Below are positions 1-11,850 of a stretch of DNA of 64,000 bases, piece after piece. The position numbers and the translations under genes were made by a program. Below the pieces are notes generated by a model. It saw only the letters and a program-made list of their open reading frames with translations, searched no databases and was not told the origin of the DNA. The DNA is from the human T2T-CHM13v2.0 reference genome, Homo sapiens. The DNA lies in NCBI RefSeq assembly GCF_009914755.1, contig NC_060940.1. One strand, given 5' to 3'. Position 1 is the stretch's first letter. The number at the start of each line of letters is the position of its first letter.

Positions 1-58
1 AAACTCATGGCATTCCTGCTACTATTATTTGCAAATGTTACTTGGTGCCATTTTTGGT

Positions 59-97
59 AAAACAAAAAACAAAAAACAAAAAAACAACAAAAAAAAA
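59..97. repeat. A-rich simple repeat (CAAAAAA)n
   Basis: Directly visible aaaacaaaaaacaaaaaac... run. Confidence 0.85.
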
Positions 98-129
98 CCC
101 TTGAAATTTCAGTTATCCCTTTACTGTAA

Positions 130-265
130 AGGAGTCCTGGGCTGTGAATCTGAATTTTGTGAATCTATCTGAATATTGATGTGAAAGTTCCTTTCTCCCT
201 CTAGGCCTCAGTTTCTCTCCCTGTCCACTGAGGATCTTGCCAACTGATGCTCTCTGGTTCTATGA
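130..265 (+). mobile_element. MIR/MIR3 SINE fragment
   Basis: ctctaggcctcagtttctc core; ends ctctggttctatga like the MIR3 3' end. Confidence 0.5.
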
Positions 266-869
266 CCCAGTGAGTGGTCCCGAGGCTTCACAAAAGGGAG
301 GCACACTAGAGGCTGGTGTTGGCAGTGCCCATGGACAGAGAGCCTCAGAGTAGACAGGGTTCAGTCCTTATCTGCTGCTGGCCCCAGCTGAGTTGAGCCT
401 ATATGACACCAAAGATGCAAGTGAAGAAGGAGTGACGTAAACATCCCAGTCTCCCTCTTCTACTCAGATGTTTGGCATTAAGAATGCCCTAATAAATGAC
501 ACATCGTTTTCTGAGACCTGGGTAGTCCCCAGCCCCTATCCCAGCAGTGCAGATTGGGGTCCCTCAATCATTCGCACCCCCAATCAGTCTTCTGTTATTT
601 AAGATGATCCTCCTCCCTAGATGTACCATACTGAGTCCACTCAACCAAAAGCTCCCTCTGAAAGCCCCCTGAGGGAGGGACTATGTCTTAAATTTTGTTG
701 AAGCCTTTATGAGGTGGTGTTCAGTTCCTTGCCTGCAACAAAAATGTCTGACATATTTGTTGACTTGGAATTCAAGGCAATGTGTCAACATATGAATAAC
801 TGTTAAGTTCTGTTTTTAAAAAGAGAGTGAATGAAAATAGCTAATAAAGTTGACGACGGTGGTAAAGAA

Positions 870-1080
870 AGCTAATATTTGCTAAGAATAATGTGGTGCT
901 ATGTAGGTTTACACATTTAATCTTCACAGCAAACTCATGAGGTGGGCACCGTAATCCCACACATCAAACAGGTAAGGAGATTGGAGCTCCAGAGGTTAGG
1001 GAACTTGCCCATGTCACCAAATACTAGGTGGTAGTGGGGATTCCAACCCAGCCTTCTCTGACTTCGAACTCTTACCCAAC
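870..1080 (-). mobile_element. MIR SINE
   Basis: atttaatcttcacagcaaactcatgaggtggg...agaggttagggaacttgccc...ggattccaacccag matches reverse MIR core. Confidence 0.75.
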
Positions 1081-1140
1081 TCTGTAGCATGACTTTCCAC
1101 TTCTCTCTGTGCATTCCTATTTAACATTTTAATATAATTA

Positions 1141-1275
1141 TAATCAACCAATATTTGTGTTTAGACTTTGTGCCAGCTCTTTGTTAAGCCCTAGAGTTAT
1201 AGAGATGGGTAAGACGAGCTTCCATCATCAGAGATTTCATAATTGTACAGGGAAGACAGACGTGTAAGTCATCAA
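1141..1275 (-). mobile_element. L2 LINE 3' end fragment
   Basis: caaccaatatttgt...tgtgccag...ctagagttatagagatgggtaagac...gggaagacagac resembles reverse L2 tail. Confidence 0.55.
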
Positions 1276-1834
1276 TATATATTCACGGTTAGAAATACGT
1301 GCAAAAAGAAAGGAGTCCTTAATTCTTCTTGCATTATGTTATGTGCTCTTCAAAAAAGTTGGTCAAGGAAGGTAACAGTTATCCTGTACTACAGGGGAGA
1401 ATTACTGTTACATAAAGGCAAGAATGCATACATGTATGTGCATATATGAATATCAACACATATATTTACATATGTAATATTGTATAGGTGGGCACATTTG
1501 CAATATTTCCTAAAATTTTCTGATTGTAAGAACTTGTTAAAAAAATCCCCAAATGCAACACCTTTTATCAAGTACCCTAGGAGATTATTTTGGCTCTGAC
1601 AAGTTTGGAAAACATGCATATACATAAAATGGACTTTATGTCTCCTCCTTTTATAAGTGATTATAATTTTCTGGATATAATTCTTAAGTATAATAATTTT
1701 TTTTACTGAATTCATTATTACTTGGATTTCTCAATACCGCAAGTTAAATTGTGCTGCTTGAAACATAACTACTTGTAGGTAAAATTTCAATATAATAAAC
1801 TGACAATAGAACTTTTAAAATATTCTCTCCCACA

Positions 1835-1838
<4 letters not shown>

Positions 1839-1873
<35 letters not shown>
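1839..1873. repeat. (CA)n microsatellite
   Basis: Direct reading. Confidence 0.95.
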
Positions 1874-1876
<3 letters not shown>

Positions 1877-2839
1877 GATTACTTTGTTCCTAAGCAAAGA
1901 TGCTCAAAACTTGTTTGTTAAACAATTCAATGAATACAGTTAACCCTAAGCTGAACAGTAATTCTTTAAAATATCAGCATTACAAAAATAATTGCATCCA
2001 AATTACTATGTCTTACATAAGCCATCCATGCAAAATTACGGGGGACACTGTCAAATCTTATTTTTCTATCTCTCATCTTTCAGCAAAAGCATCTAAGTGC
2101 AAAGTGCCTTTCTACACTCCACAGTCCTGTTTATTGGTCATAATGTATTAATGGGCAATCCAGATCTCCAAATCCACCTTCCACTTTGTGTTCCCCTTGT
2201 TCCCCGTCTGTTTACAATTTCCAAACAATTTTACAGTGAAATTAAGGAAGGCCTGCATTAACATCAAATATTTATTCCTCTGTGATTCTGATTTAGAATT
2301 TAGCTTTGGAGTAAAACCCAGGGCCAAATTGCTTCTGTTAATCAGCTCTACAGGAGCTTCGTCCATCCTCCTAGGAGCTGACAATACACCAAGTCTGTGT
2401 TCCTCCTGCATGCCTGCAGCAAAAAACAAACAAACAAAAAAAAAAAAAAACAGCAGTGGGATCTTATGATTTGACACCAGAGCCTTCCATGGTTGGGACT
2501 TTGATGGAGTAAGTAAGGTAGAATGTGAGTGAGCCGGCCCAGAAAGCACTTCTGAGTAAGTTTCAAAAGCACCATCCTATAGGTATGCCCTACTCAACAC
2601 TCTACTGCAGCTACAAATGGTATCCAGTTGTTGCAAGCCAGGCAAGTCAGAGCCAGTAAGATTCAGTTCTGGAATTTTGATTTGAAAGAAAAATTTTCTT
2701 TCTGCTCTACTTACTGAAAGATTAATAATAATAATAGCTTTCTTGCTACAATATCAATTCAAAATAATAGCCCCTTTGGCTCTAAGTTGGCATACTTTTG
2801 ATCCTATGGGTTAACTTTATGGAAATGGATTAATCAGCA

Positions 2840-3290
2840 CTCTTGCAAATGACAGAAACCAGTTTATTGGCTCAAACAGAATTGTCACGACTTGGTTGCT
2901 TTTCTCATTTTCTTGATCCATTTTCCTCTATGTGGCCTCACTTCAGGCTGGGTTTTCCCATCCTGTGGCTAGAGGGTCACCAGTATTATCAGCTTATAGC
3001 TTGTTCTTTCATTAAGTCCAGCAGAAATAAATTTCTTTCTCTACCCAAAATCCAGAATTGAGTCTCACTGACTCTGGCTTGCCTGTGGTCAACTGGTCAA
3101 CCCTTACAAAAATGCAGTGGACAGGCTGAATGTGACACTCAGATTAGCCAGGTCTTAGTATCATGCACACCCCTAGAAGTATGAGCTTTTACTGGGGCTG
3201 AAACCCACTGGAAACATGGAACTAAAACTTGGGAAGAAGTAGCTTTGCTTTTATCAGAAGACGAAAAATGGACCCTGGGCAGACAAGACC
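2840..3290 (-). mobile_element. Old MaLR LTR (MLT1J/K/L-like)
   Basis: ttgcaaatgacagaaacc...tttattggctca start and gaccctgggcagac end typical of reverse MLT1J-L. Confidence 0.55.
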
Positions 3291-3779
3291 AGGAGAAAAC
3301 AAATTTGTTCCTAAATAACCTTCATGGCAGAAATGTTTGCCAAGGTGTAGACATCAAACAATATGATTATAGCTTACTATCTATTGTTTAAATAATTTTC
3401 AAAAAAAAGGTGAACTCATGACTCTCATACAGATATACAAGGAACACATGTCAAAATTTGCATTTAAGTCATTAAGCAAAATGAGGATACAATGCAGATG
3501 TCACAAGTAGTTCAAAGGAGAATCTGAAGAACATCCATGGTATTAGCTTGGGAATATTGAAATGAACTTGAAGATGAATGCAAAACAGTCTTTCCATAGT
3601 GAGGGAGGGCTGTTCCTTCACAAGACATAATGTAGTTGCATGTCTGTAGAAAGAACCCTTCGCATTGCCATGAGTTCTCTAGTCCTTACAATTAACGGCT
3701 AGAACCAGAAAACTTGGAGGAGGGTGTCAAAATTGTACAAAATTTTCCACGAGAGATACCCGGTGATCTTTTTTGTTTA

Positions 3780-3893
3780 TTTCAAATTTCTTTTACTCTT
3801 CCTCCCAAGGAGAGATTATTCTGATTACCAAATAAGGTTGATTTCATTAACACTGGCCTGATTATTTACATACGTGGAACAAGAGTATTCATT
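3780..3893 (-). mobile_element. ERV1 (MER4-group) internal fragment
   Basis: cattaacactggcctgattatttacatacgtgg resembles reverse MER4-group internal sequence. Confidence 0.35.
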
Positions 3894-4155
3894 TGAGACA
3901 GGAGAATAGGATTTGGAGGCAGGGAACCTAAGGCCCCACCCTCACTTCCTAGAACTAATTGAAAGGAAAACTCTAACTTTCCACACCTAAGTAGCAAAAG
4001 GACCAGAAGCTACTCTCTTTGCGAACCCCCATGTTTTCTGCATGGCAGATGGGAAATTGAAAGTACCTCTGACTGGTTGTTTTTTGCAACCAATCAGACC
4101 TTTGCATAGCTGTAACTTTACTCCAGCATCGGATTGGTTGCTGTCCGCAACCAAT
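3894..4155 (+). mobile_element. MER51 LTR (ERV1), 5' portion only
   Basis: tgagacaggagaatagg...gcagggaacctaaggcc...aaaaggaccagaagctact...repeated gattggttg/caaccaat units match the MER51 5' end; stops abruptly. Confidence 0.85.
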
Positions 4156-4157
4156 TT

Positions 4158-7100
4158 CTATACAAATACATATGTATATTTCTAACAGTTATATAGAAAT
4201 TAAACAATATGTTCCTGAATGACGAGTGGATCAATGAAGAAATTAAGAAAAAAATGAAAAATGTCTTGAAACACATGATAAGGAAAACACAACATACCAA
4301 AACATAGGGGAAAGAGAGAACAAAACCAGTACTAATAGGAAGTTTACAGCTATAAGTGCCTACATCAAAAAATAAAACAAAAAAACTTCAAATAAACAAC
4401 CTAATGACACATCTTAAAGAACTAGAAAAGCAACAGCAAATCAAACCCAAAATTAGTAGAAGAAAAGAAATAATAAAGACCAAAGCAGAAATAAATGAAA
4501 TTGAAATAAAGAAAACAATACAAAAGATAAATGAAACATAAGGGATTGTTTTTTGAAAAGTTAAACAAAATTGACAAACCATTAGCTACACCAACTAGGA
4601 AAAAATTAGAGAAGACCCAAATAAATAAAATCAGAGATGAAGAAAAAGATATTGCAACTGATACTTCAGAAATTCAGAAGATCATTAGTGGCTACTATGA
4701 GCAACTATGTGCCAATAAATTGGAAAACCTAGAAGAAATTGACAAATTCCTAGACACATACAACTTATCAAAGTTGAACTATTAAGAAATTCAAAATTCA
4801 AACAGACCAATAACAAGCAATGACATCAAAGCCATAATAAAACTTCCAGCAAAGAAAAGTCTGGGACCCAAAGTCTTCACTGATGAATTTCACCAAACAT
4901 TTAAAGAACTAATACCATTCCTATTCAAGCTATTCTAAAAAACAGAGGAGGGGGAATACTTCCAAACTTATTCTGTAAGGCCAGTATTACCATGATAACA
5001 AAAGCAAAGACACATAAAAAAAAGAAAACTACAGGCCAGTGTCACTGAAGAATATTGATGCAAAAATCCTCAGAAAAATACTAGCAAACTGAATTCAACA
5101 ACACATTAAAAAGATCATTCATCATGACCAAGTGAGATTTATTCCAGGGGTGCAAGGATGGTTCAACATATGCAAGTCAATCAATGTGATACATCATATC
5201 AACAAAATGAAAGATAAAAACCATGTGATCATTTCAATTGGTGTTGAAACAGCATTTAATAAAATTGAAAATACTTTCATCATGAAAACCCTCAAAAAAC
5301 TGGGGATAGCAAGAACATACCTCAACATAATTAAAGCCATATATGACAGACCCACTGCTAATATCATACTGAATGGAGAAAAACTGAAAGCCTTTCCTCT
5401 AAGACCTGGAACATGACAAGGATGCCCATTGTCACAACTGCTATTCAACATAGTACTGGAAGTCCTAGCAGAGGAATCACACAAGAGAAAGAAATAAAGG
5501 GCATTCAGATTGGAAAGGAAAAAGTCAAATTATCCTTGTTTCCAGATGATATGATCTTATGTTTGGAAAAACCTAAGAACTCCACAAAAACACTATTAGA
5601 ATTGATAAACAAATTCAGTAAAATCGCAGGATACAAAATCAATGCACAAAAATCAGTAGTATTTTTATATGTCAACAGAGAACAAGCTGAAAAAGAAATC
5701 AGTAAAGTAATCCCATTTATAATAGCTACAAATGAAATTAAAGATCTATGAATTAACCAAAGAAGTAAAAGATCTCCATAATAAAAACTATAAAACATTA
5801 AATGCATGAAATTGAAGAAGACACAAAAAAATGGAAAGAAATTCCATGTTCATGGATTGGAAGAATCAATATTGTTAAAATGTCCATACTACCCAATGCA
5901 ATCTACAGATTTAATACAATTCCTATAAAAATACCAATGACATTCTTTACAGAAATATTTAAAAAAAAATTTATATGGAACTACAAAGAACCCAGAATAG
6001 CCAAAGCTATCCTAAGCAAAAATAACAAAACTAAGGAATTACATTGCCTGACTTCAAATTATACTACAGAGCTATAGTAACCAAAATGGCATGGTACTGG
6101 CATAAAAACGGACACATGGAACAATAGAACAAAATAGAGAACCCAGAAATAAATACATACATCTATGGTGAACTAATTTCTGACAAAGAGTCTAAGAACA
6201 TACATTAGGGAAAGGACAGTCCCTTTAATGAACGGTGCTGGGAAAACTGGATATCCAAATGCAGAAGAATAAAACTAGGCCTCTCTCTCTCACCATGTAC
6301 AAAAATCAAATAAAATGGGTTAAATACTTAAATCTAAGACCTCGAACTATGAAACTACTAAAATAAAACATTGGAGTAACTCTCTAGGACATTGGAGTGG
6401 GCAAAGAATTCTTGAGCAATACCTCACAGGCTCAGGCAACCAAAAATGGAAAAATTAGATCACATTAAGTTAAAAAGCTTCCATATAGTAAAGGAAGCAA
6501 TCAACAAAGTGAAGAGACACCCACAGAATGAGGAAAAATATTTGCAAACTACCCATCTAACAAGGGATTAATAACCAGAATATGTAAGGAGCTCAAAAAT
6601 CTCTATAGAAAAATATAATAATTCAATTAAAAGTAGACAAAAGATTCTGAATGAATGTTTCTCAAAAGAAGACATACAAATGGCAAACAGATATATGAAA
6701 AGGTGCTCAATATCACTGATTATCAGAGAAATGCAAATCAAAACTACAATGCAACATCTTGTCACCCAGTCAAAATGACTTTTATTCAAAAGACAGGCAA
6801 TAACAAAGGCTAATGAGAATGTGGGGAAAAAAACCCTCATACACTGTTGGTGGGAATGTAAATTAGTACAACCACTATGGAATACAGTTTGGAGGTTTCT
6901 CAAAAAACTAAAAATAAAGCTACCATACTATCCAGTAATCCCACTCCTAGGTATATCCCCAAAAGCAAGGAAATCAGTATATCGAAGAGATATCTTAACT
7001 CCATGTTTATTGCAGCACTATTCACAACAGCCAACTTAGAAGCAACCTAAGTGTCCGTCGACAGACAAATGAATAAAGGAAATGTGGTACGTAGAGGCAG

Positions 7101-7612
7101 TGGAGTACTATTCAGCCAGAAAAAAAGGAATGAGATCCTGTCATTTGCAACAATATGAATGGAACTTGAGGTCATCATGTTAAGTGAAATGAGTTAGATA
7201 CAAAAAGACAAATGTCCTATATATTCACTTATCTGTGGGAGCTAAAAATTATACAATTGAACTCATGGAGATAGAGGGTAGACGGATGGTTACCAGAGGC
7301 TGGGAAGGGTAGTCAGGGCAGTGGGATGTAGAAGGCATGGTTAGTAGGTACAAAAACATAGAAAGAATAAAGAAGTCCTAGTATTTGCTGGCACAACAGG
7401 GTGACTATAGTGAAAAAACAATTTTAATTGTGCATTTTAAAATAACAAAAAAAGTATAATTGGATTGTTTGAAATACGAAAGATAAATGCTTGAGGTGAT
7501 GTATACCCTATTTACCCTGATGTCATTACTATGCATTGCATGCCTGTATCAAAGTATCTCATGTAATCCATAAATATATACACATACTATGTACCTGCAA
7601 ACAATTTTTAAA
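4158..7612 (+). mobile_element. LINE-1, 5'-truncated, L1MA1/L1MA2-like
   Basis: Continuous ORF2 homology plus diagnostic 3' UTR (atggttaccagaggctgggaagggtag...ttaccctgatgtcattactatgcattgcatgcctgtatcaaa). Confidence 0.93.
4200..7190 (+). pseudogene. Degenerate L1 ORF2p (RT and C-terminal domain), broken by stops and frameshifts
   Basis: ORF track pieces [36 protein letters not shown] (canonical LFADDM), [27 protein letters not shown]. Confidence 0.9.
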
Positions 7613-7649
7613 GATATCATTAACATGAAATAAAATCATTGCTGCTTTC

Positions 7650-7790
7650 ATATCAATCAGCAAAATTTTAAAATGTTATCAGTTTCAATTTCTAATATAG
7701 TAAGTATCAGTAGTTATAATCTATAAAAATCAAAGTTCTTTGAGGCCTAAATAAGTTTTAAGTGAGTAAAGTGGTCTGGAGATGGAAATA
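7650..7790. mobile_element. hAT-Charlie (Charlie1-like) terminal fragment
   Basis: cagtttcaatttctaatatagtaagtatcagtag...aaagttctttgaggcctaaataagttttaagtgagtaaag matches the Charlie1 end. Confidence 0.55.
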
Positions 7791-7899
7791 AACAGAAGGG
7801 AGATTCACGATATTAGGACAAAACAGAATATTTGAAAATTCTTGAAAAGCAGAAGCATGTACAGTTATATTTCTCTTTTACTCTTTCTCTTAATATAGT

Positions 7900-9420
7900 C
7901 TCAAATATTTATACTAATTAATACTTTAATCAAGGTAACTAACTTCCCTTTCAGGAAGAAAACTGAAGAATGAATAATTGAAAAACGTCTGTCACACACT
8001 GACATTCAACAGCCACTCATATTCTTTATACAGCTTCCCTAAGTGACAAATATAAACTTCTTCATTAACCTGGTCCAAATATATAGCATCTCTGTAGTGT
8101 ATAAAAACAAAAAGGAAAGCAAAAACAGACAACCTTGAAAATATGTTTAGTAGTCAATGCTTTTTAGTGTAGTGTACCTTAGTTAGAAATAACCTACTAT
8201 AGAATGGTTATCCGTTAATTAACTCCATTTAACATCATTCTCAGATTTTTAGTTACCTAAAGATGTGGGAATTTATCTTCAAGCTGACACACTACTGAAT
8301 ATAATTACTGTTGAAATAAGTAGTTTGTGAGAATAAAATGATTCAATTTAGTTAAACATAAAGTTATATTTACATTTTTCATAATTTAAACATAATAGAA
8401 TGTATAAGTTTAGGAAAATATACCCAAGCATAATAAAAATATTTGCTTGTATTATAATTGACATGGAAGAAAAGAGAAGATACAGTGGTTTTTAATAAAC
8501 AAAAATTATTAAACTAGTCTTGTTTGCCAAAGATTTGCCTTAATTATATGAAATTCAGTTACTAAAGTATTTCTGAGTTATTTCTGTAAGGATATTTTTC
8601 TTGTAAGTATACAATAGTATCAGAAATTTAAAGTATTAGAAATTTAATTTTCTTACATTTGGGAATTTTAGGAACATTTAATCTGCACATATACATATTT
8701 AGCTTTATAAACCAATTAGAACAGAATTCCTTTCATTTAAGACACCTTACAATATAATTTATTAATATTCTTGGGAAATATGGAAACATTACATATGCAC
8801 TTAGAGTAAAGTCTTGTCTGAATTGCAGACATGACGTGTAGACAGGGAGACACGTAGAAAACTTGAAGCTTCTATTCTATAATTTCAGCCAAAGATCAAG
8901 AGAAAATCCAGAACACAAAAGCTCACCAGTCTGACTATCAAGGAGCTGTTCCCCTTCCTGGTAGGCAAAAAAGTCTTATTTGATTTGAACTAAAAATAAA
9001 CAAACAGACAAAGGATAATGACTAGCAAGCCAGATTCTGTCATCTCTCACCTAATGGAGACTGGATCTCAACCGACCATTAATCTACATCCAGAGATCAC
9101 CAAATGCTCTGACCACAAAACTAAATTCCCAAGTCATTATTTCCACCCATGGAAAATAACTTATTAGCCATAGACACAGTAAAAGCAAAAACAAAGAATA
9201 AAGCAAAGAAGAAAATTAAAATCAGAAAAGAGGAGAATCAGCAAAGTATTTGTGCCAATTCAGATTCATCTGATTCAGACTGAGAGCTAAGCAATGACAT
9301 GCGTGGGCTTAAGCTGTCATGAAGTTCACCCTTTGACAGTGAACGTTAATCAGCTCTGACAGGTGAATCCACTGGACATCTGGAAGTATCTTGCAAACTG
9401 TCAAAATATAATTTTCAAAC
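7900..9420 (-). mobile_element. AT-rich ERV1 internal relic (MER21/MER34/MER4-group int-like)
   Basis: aaactagtcttgtttgccaaagatttgcc, tttataaaccaattagaacagaattcc, aagctcaccagtctgactatcaaggagctg resemble non-autonomous ERV1 internals. Confidence 0.45.
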
Positions 9421-10119
9421 AAAGGTATAATTACAACACTCATACACATAAAAAATGAACATACGTCAACGATTTTATATAACATGCTATTAGATGAAGG
9501 AACAAGGTAGATGCTATAACAGGGTCAAAGGAGAATTCAAACAGTCACATTTATGGATCAGGAATATTGAAATGAATTTGCAAACAGATGCAAAACTGGC
9601 TTTTCCGTGGTAGTGATGATGCTAGTGTGATGGTGGGTGGGGAGTGTGGGTGAAGGAATGTTGTTTCTCCACTGGATAGAATTCGTTTGCATGCTCGTAG
9701 ACAAAAATCAATTGCATTGCCATCAGTTCTCCACAACTTACGGAGCTGTAACACAGCTCAAAGTCAATGCAAGGCCAGGATCAGATTACCCAGACAGGTG
9801 TCTTCTAAACAGTGAATAATTTCCTATTGGAGACACTCAATGATGTTTTTTGCTTATTCCAAATTTCCTTATTATGAATGTGGCCAGAGTCTGACTGGCT
9901 TTGAGAAAATAGGATGTTCCTACCAAAAGCATCCCGGCAAGTATTCAGATTATCCATTGCAGTTAAAGGAAGAGATTGAATTTAACAGCTATGTACAGCT
10001 ACTACGTCCAATGTAATGTGCTAGGCTATGTTTCAAGGATTGAAAAATGAATAAGACATTGGAACTAGTTCTTACTTGTGCTCAATGAGACCATGCTTAA
10101 TTTGCCGCAGAAAGGCTTA

Positions 10120-10580
10120 TTACCAGTCATCTATTGCTGTGTAACAAAGCACCCAATTGTGGCTGAAACAATAAACATTTACTTAGCTCATAAATGCATA
10201 GGATGATTGACAGTTTCTTTTGGTCTGGGATAGGCTCAGCAGATTTTAGCTGCCATTGCTCATGCGTCTGCTGTTACTTGATAGATCAGTTGGGAATTGC
10301 CTTGTCTAGGATGGCCTCCCCTGGGACAATTCTCCTCCACATGGTCTCTCATTCTTCAACAGGCAAATATGGGCTTCTTCCATGGTGTCCATGGTAGGGA
10401 CCAAGAGAGTACCGAGAGCGGAATGTGAAGGCAAGGTCCTTTCTTCTGCCAAAGCAAGTGACAAAGCCATTCCAGATTCAAGGGCCGGAGAAAGAGTATC
10501 CACTTCTTGATGTGAAGAATACATTACCAGGACATGGTTACAGTAGGAGTTCTGCTGATGACTGCAATTAATCTACCACA
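10120..10580 (-). mobile_element. MaLR LTR (MLT1H/I-like)
   Basis: tctattgctgtgtaacaaagcaccc...aaagcaagtgacaaagcc...ccagattcaaggg...atctaccaca terminus. Confidence 0.8.
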
Positions 10581-11179
10581 GGCTCTTAACTCATGCAAGT
10601 TCACTCTCTAGGGCAGGAGGGAGCCGTGACATAAAAACCTGCCTCACAAAAGAGACTTTGATAGATGCTGCCCAAAGGCTCATACCACCACCATATAATA
10701 ACGGAACAGGAAAAGGCTGACTTGAGAATATCTGGGAAAGTTTTATACATGTGTGATATGAGCTGAGTTTTGAAAGATGGGCAGAAAACTTCCTTTAAGG
10801 GGAGTGGGAAGAGGAGTTGGAGATAACTGAAGGGAGGCCAAGAAGCCCAGTAATTAAAACGGAAATTTATAACCACACTCACTTTTCAGGCACATATGTA
10901 TAACTAAGGCCATGATAACATCCACAGAGAAATGGTATAGGGTTAAAAAAACACAACTCGGTTCAAATCTTTTCCCAATTAAAGGCAGAATAAATTTGAG
11001 CAAGTCACTTTTCCTTCCGAATTTCCTTTCTTCATCATAAAATCCATATTCTGATTTGACAACATTAAAACTTAAAAGATTAAAAAAAAAAACTTGTGTA
11101 GGACCTTGTAAACAAAATTAAAACTCAAACGAAAGACCAAGATATAATGTATTTAATCACTAAGGCGTTAGTATTAATG

Positions 11180-11850
11180 AAAGTTCTACAAATTAAAAAG
11201 AAAATGAGAAATGATTCGAAAATCGACATTTGCAAATTATGTGAACAGGAAATGCTATGAAAGTGAAATATGAGTGGCTAATAAACTTATACAAAGGTGA
11301 TCTATTATTCATTACTAATTGAAAAAACACAAATAAAATAATACCATTTTTTCCTTAAAGTTGGCAAAAGTTAAAGATTGATATTATCCAGAGCTAGAAG
11401 AAGGGGAAAATGAGCCCTGTATATATTGTTGCAGGTTGTAAATTGGTACAATCTCCTTGTAGGATTTAGCAGCCTCTGTAAAAAACTTGAATTATATATA
11501 TTCTGATCCAAAACACTCTATCTTGCCTAAATGCATATGTAAACTTTCTCTTTCTCTCTAACCGTGACTCTTTCTCATCCACACACAGGCACACATATGC
11601 ACACATATGTTATGTATATGTGTATATGTATGTATAAATGTTTGCATGTATACACATACATTCACAAGAATATTAATTCAGCATTATTATATAAGAAAAA
11701 TCTGAAGGCACCCTAAATGTCTCTAGTTAGACCGAATTTTCACATACTGACACAAAGGATATCCACAACATGTTATTGAAGGGAAAAAAGCAAGTTACAG
11801 AAATTAGACATAGCTTCAAATGTATATCATGGTATGATATGTATGCTATG
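11180..11850 (+). mobile_element. Ancient L1 (L1ME-like) 3' region with internal (CA/TA) low-complexity tract
   Basis: ttggcaaaagttaaagattgatattatccag...gtaaattggtacaatc...caccctaaatgtc...aaaaaagcaagttacagaa. Confidence 0.65.

Noticed and set aside
4158-7612. Active or intact LINE-1 / novel reverse transcriptase system
   Set aside because: It is 5'-truncated with many stops and frameshifts, FADD is altered to FPDD, and the 3' UTR is an old L1MA type.
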